From the IMG/VR virus record IMGVR_UViG_3300013126_000033, positions 1 through 61,422 of that record: a DNA stretch of 61,422 nt. One strand, 5' to 3'. Origin of the DNA: a virus (taxonomy: Duplodnaviria > Caudoviricetes). This document shows, piece after piece, positions 57,998 through 61,422 of this stretch; positions within the stretch are counted from its first letter, which is position 1; the number at the start of each line of letters is the position of its first letter. Below the pieces are notes generated by a model. The model had not been told where the DNA came from, ran no database searches, and saw nothing but the letters and a program-made list of their open reading frames with translations. The position numbers were made by a program, and so were the translations under genes.

Positions 57998-59838
57998 TGA
58001 AAAACAGAAAAATATCTACAGCTGAGTTAGATTTTGATAATATTAAATCTAATTTAAAATCTTTCTTGAAGGGACAAACTGAATTTCAAGATTACGACTT
58101 TGAAGGTTCATCACTTTCTGTTTTATTAGATGTCCTTGCTTATAATACACATTATAATGCATTGTATACTAACCTTGCAGTTAATGAATCATTTTTAGAC
58201 TCTGCTTCAAAAAGAAGTAGTGTTGTATCTAGAGCTAAAGAAATTGGGTATATTCCAGGTTCAGCTAAGTGTGCTACTGCAACTGTTGATATTACAGTTT
58301 CATCTACTACATCTACTCCAGCAACACTAATATTACCAAAATATTCAACATTTTCTACTACTGTTGATGGTCAAGCATATAATTTTTATACGTTAGAAGA
58401 TAATCAAGCATTACTTACTTCTAATAATACATATGAATTTACAGATATTGAAATTAAAGAAGGTACTCCATTATCATTTAAATATGAAGTTTCTGATTCT
58501 CAAAGATATGTAATACCAAATATGGATGTTGATTTATCAACTGTTTCTGTTAGAGTTCAAGAAACTTCAACAAGTACAACATTTGAAACATTTAATAGAA
58601 ATGAAGATTTACTAAGTATTAATTCTACTGACCCTATTTACTTTATTAAAGAAATTGAAAGTGAATTTTATGAATTAGAATTTGGTAATGGTGTAATAGG
58701 TAAACAATTATCCACTGGTAATATAGTTAATATTTCATATTTTGTTTCAAGTAAAGATGCCCCAAATGGTGCTCGTCTATTTTCTTATAATGGTTCAACA
58801 TTATTAGGCGGCATTGTTTCTATAGTCCCTAAATTGCCAGCTTCTGGTGGAGTTGATAGAGAAGATATAGATACAATTAGATTTAATGCACCAAGAGCAT
58901 ATTCAACACAAAATCGTGGGGTTACAGTTAATGATTATAAATCTATAATTTTAACTAAATATGATGAAGCAGAGTCTGTTAACGTATGGGGTGGAGAAGA
59001 TAATATCCCACCAGTCTACGGAAAGGTATTTGTTTCTATTAAACCTAAATCTTCAGAAACGTTAACAACTATTCAGAAACAATTCATTATTAATAATATT
59101 CTTAAACCGAGAAATGTTGTTACTATAACACCAGAGATTGTTGACCCAGAATATATTGACTTAGAATTAAATACAACGGTTTACTATAACCCAAAAATCA
59201 CTACTAGAACTATTAACGAATTAAACACTTTAGTTAAACAATCTATAACAAACTATTCAGATAATTATTTAAATTCTTTTGATGGGATTTTTAGATTCTC
59301 ACAATATAGTAGAGAAATAGATAGAACAGAGGAATCAATTGTTAGTTCTATTACTACAGTTAAACTTCGTAGATTAGTTCAACCTAAATATAATCTGTCA
59401 GCAAACTATAGAATTGATTTAGTTAATCCCATTTATTTTTCTGGTGTTCCTGAACAGTCAATTCTTACTACTGGATTTTATTTAGCAGGATATACTAATA
59501 TTATGTATCTAGAAGATTTACCATTAGATAATAATACTGGTACATTTAGAATATTCTATTATGATATCGATTTAAATAAACAATATCTAGAAGAAACAAT
59601 AGGCACAATTAATTATTCAACTGGTACAATTGATATTTCTGGTTTAACTATTACTGGTATCACTAGTGATACTTGGGATTTTATTGTTAAACCGCAATCA
59701 AATGATGTAGTGTCTATTAGAAATCAATTAGTAAGAATTCTAGAACAACATGTAACAGTTAATGTCATTATTGATAAGGTTTCTGTGGGTGATGCAGCTG
59801 GTAACTCAAGTTACATATTTACTTCAAGTAGAAATTAA
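57997..59838 (+). CDS. gp6: baseplate wedge subunit
   Basis: ELDFDNIK, FQDYDFEGS, QNRGVT..DY, YGKVF. Confidence 0.95.
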   Translation: MKNRKISTAELDFDNIKSNLKSFLKGQTEFQDYDFEGSSLSVLLDVLAYNTHYNALYTNLAVNESFLDSASKRSSVVSRAKEIGYIPGSAKCATATVDITVSSTTSTPATLILPKYSTFSTTVDGQAYNFYTLEDNQALLTSNNTYEFTDIEIKEGTPLSFKYEVSDSQRYVIPNMDVDLSTVSVRVQETSTSTTFETFNRNEDLLSINSTDPIYFIKEIESEFYELEFGNGVIGKQLSTGNIVNISYFVSSKDAPNGARLFSYNGSTLLGGIVSIVPKLPASGGVDREDIDTIRFNAPRAYSTQNRGVTVNDYKSIILTKYDEAESVNVWGGEDNIPPVYGKVFVSIKPKSSETLTTIQKQFIINNILKPRNVVTITPEIVDPEYIDLELNTTVYYNPKITTRTINELNTLVKQSITNYSDNYLNSFDGIFRFSQYSREIDRTEESIVSSITTVKLRRLVQPKYNLSANYRIDLVNPIYFSGVPEQSILTTGFYLAGYTNIMYLEDLPLDNNTGTFRIFYYDIDLNKQYLEETIGTINYSTGTIDISGLTITGITSDTWDFIVKPQSNDVVSIRNQLVRILEQHVTVNVIIDKVSVGDAAGNSSYIFTSSRN

Positions 59839-61295
59839 TGAGTGTTAAATTAAAAACCGTAGTTTCAAAACAATTCCCTGATTTTGTCAGTGAAGATTAT
59901 CCGTATTTTATCCAATTTATTGAAGCATATTATCAATATTTAGACCAATACGAGAAAAGAAATCTAACTGAAGTTAGAGATATTGACCTGACTGTTGATA
60001 GTTTTACTCAATATTTCAAAAAAGAGTTAAACATTTTTGGTGAATCATCATATGATTATATCAATAATATTCTTTTAATGAGAAAAATTAAACAGATTTA
60101 TACAGCAAAGGGTTCAGAACCTGCTTATAAGTTTATATTTAATGTTATATTTGGTAAAAGTGTAGATATTAGTTATCCATGGGACCAAGTATTAAAAGCA
60201 TCTGATGGTAAATGGAAACAAGAACATTCAATTTTTCTAAAAGTATTAACGGGTGATATTAATACTATCCCGGGTAATAATATAAATATTAATAGTAATA
60301 CTACTAAAATTAAAGTTTATGTTGAACGAATAACATTAGTTAGAGATAATATTTACGAAGTATTTATTGATAGAAACTATTATGGAACTATTAATTTAAC
60401 TGATTCTGTTTCATTTGGAACCTTTACTGCCCAACTTCTTTCTACTACCGTAGGATATACCATAGAAAAACCTGGCAGTGGATATAAAATTGGTGATTTA
60501 ATTACAGCTGAAACTATTTCAGGTTCAACTACTATTAATTCATTAATGAAGGTTACAAAGGTTGATGAAAATGGTGGTATTGTAAAATTATCTACTATTA
60601 AATTTGGTACTGGGTATTCAGATGATTTTTTTGTTTTATTAACTAAATCTTCATTTAACAATACTTCATCATTTTCATTAACTAAGAATTCAGTCCCACA
60701 ATTTAATAATTTACCAGATAATTCATATTTAGAAAAATATAATGAATTTGGATATATCATAAATCCTGATTATTCTGATCCTAGTTACTCTGATCCGTCT
60801 TATGTTGGTATATTACTGAGAGAATTCTATAATCAAACATTAAATAACCAATCAAACCCAGATTTTTGTTTAATTAGATTTAATATAGGTTCTGTAGCTA
60901 AATATCAAGGCTATTATGTGACAAATGATGGGTTTTTAGATGATTCTATCAAAATACAGGATAGTTATTATTATCAAAAATATTCATATTTACTAACAGT
61001 TGATGAAAGACTAGAAGATTACTCCACTATTCTTAAATCATATTTACATACTGCTGGTTTAAAATTATTTGGTGAATATCAAATCCAAAATAATTATATT
61101 TTAAACATTTCTGGTAATTTAACAGTAGAAGAATATAAATCTAAAGCTACCTTTAATACAATAAATAAAAATATTACAAACAACTTTGTAAATATTTCTG
61201 GTGGTACTGGAAGATTTAGAATTAATCCATATGATGAGGGCGACTATTTTGAAGCTTCATATAACCCAGATACATACCACGAATTTACAGGATAA
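59838..61295 (+). CDS. baseplate wedge subunit (gp7-like)
   Basis: FIEAYYQYL, AKGS, ASDGKW, IQDSYYYQKYSY. Confidence 0.75.
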   Translation: MSVKLKTVVSKQFPDFVSEDYPYFIQFIEAYYQYLDQYEKRNLTEVRDIDLTVDSFTQYFKKELNIFGESSYDYINNILLMRKIKQIYTAKGSEPAYKFIFNVIFGKSVDISYPWDQVLKASDGKWKQEHSIFLKVLTGDINTIPGNNININSNTTKIKVYVERITLVRDNIYEVFIDRNYYGTINLTDSVSFGTFTAQLLSTTVGYTIEKPGSGYKIGDLITAETISGSTTINSLMKVTKVDENGGIVKLSTIKFGTGYSDDFFVLLTKSSFNNTSSFSLTKNSVPQFNNLPDNSYLEKYNEFGYIINPDYSDPSYSDPSYVGILLREFYNQTLNNQSNPDFCLIRFNIGSVAKYQGYYVTNDGFLDDSIKIQDSYYYQKYSYLLTVDERLEDYSTILKSYLHTAGLKLFGEYQIQNNYILNISGNLTVEEYKSKATFNTINKNITNNFVNISGGTGRFRINPYDEGDYFEASYNPDTYHEFTG

Positions 61296-61306
61296 TAGGA
61301 AAAGTT

Positions 61307-61422
61307 ATGAATTTTCACTCAACAATTAAAATGACCGGTGAATTAAAGGTTCAAAAATTTAATTCAAATAATGAAGTTATAGAACAAAGAGATGTTTCTA
61401 ATTTAGTTGTTACAGTCGGTAA
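61307..61422 (+). CDS. partial structural protein (runs off the window)
   Basis: AGGA RBS; MNFHSTIKMTGEL...NLVVTVG. Confidence 0.5.
   Translation, partial: MNFHSTIKMTGELKVQKFNSNNEVIEQRDVSNLVVTVG

Noticed and set aside
752-60760. Numerous short ORFs nested in or antisense to long genes
   Set aside because: No motifs or RBS; only the spanin lipoprotein is supported.
1-61422. Stop-codon reassignment
   Set aside because: Core genes are full length under the standard code, and TAA, TAG and TGA all terminate genes at expected ends.

Overview
A 61 kb AT-rich segment of a T4-like myophage. It contains lysis genes (spanins, GH19 endolysin), replication and nucleotide-metabolism genes (primase, thyX, nrdAB, rnh, gp59, gp32, gp33), auxiliary genes (galE, fhs, phoH, clpP-like, S11 peptidase), an ~11 kb tRNA/ncRNA region (24 canonical tRNAs for 19 amino acids plus atypical RNAs), and a baseplate/head-completion cluster. 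The best candidate for an undescribed system lies at the head of the tRNA array (20448-20763): a T4 late promoter, then an apparently leaderless 42-codon ORF using all 20 amino acids and 34 different codons, then mutually exclusive antiterminator/terminator hairpins, an early promoter and an rrn-type boxA. This looks like an attenuator that senses shortage of almost any tRNA and switches on the phage tRNA array. Other notable items: an array of CCATAT...ATATGG-bounded structured RNAs and tRNA mimics; a coiled-coil gene followed by a heptamer-repeat ncRNA; nrdA fractured by a split intein plus endonuclease; endonuclease genes whose stop codons lie inside tRNAs; and a candidate -1 frameshift joining gp26 and gp51. 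All calls are by eye from motifs; no searches or folding programs were run.
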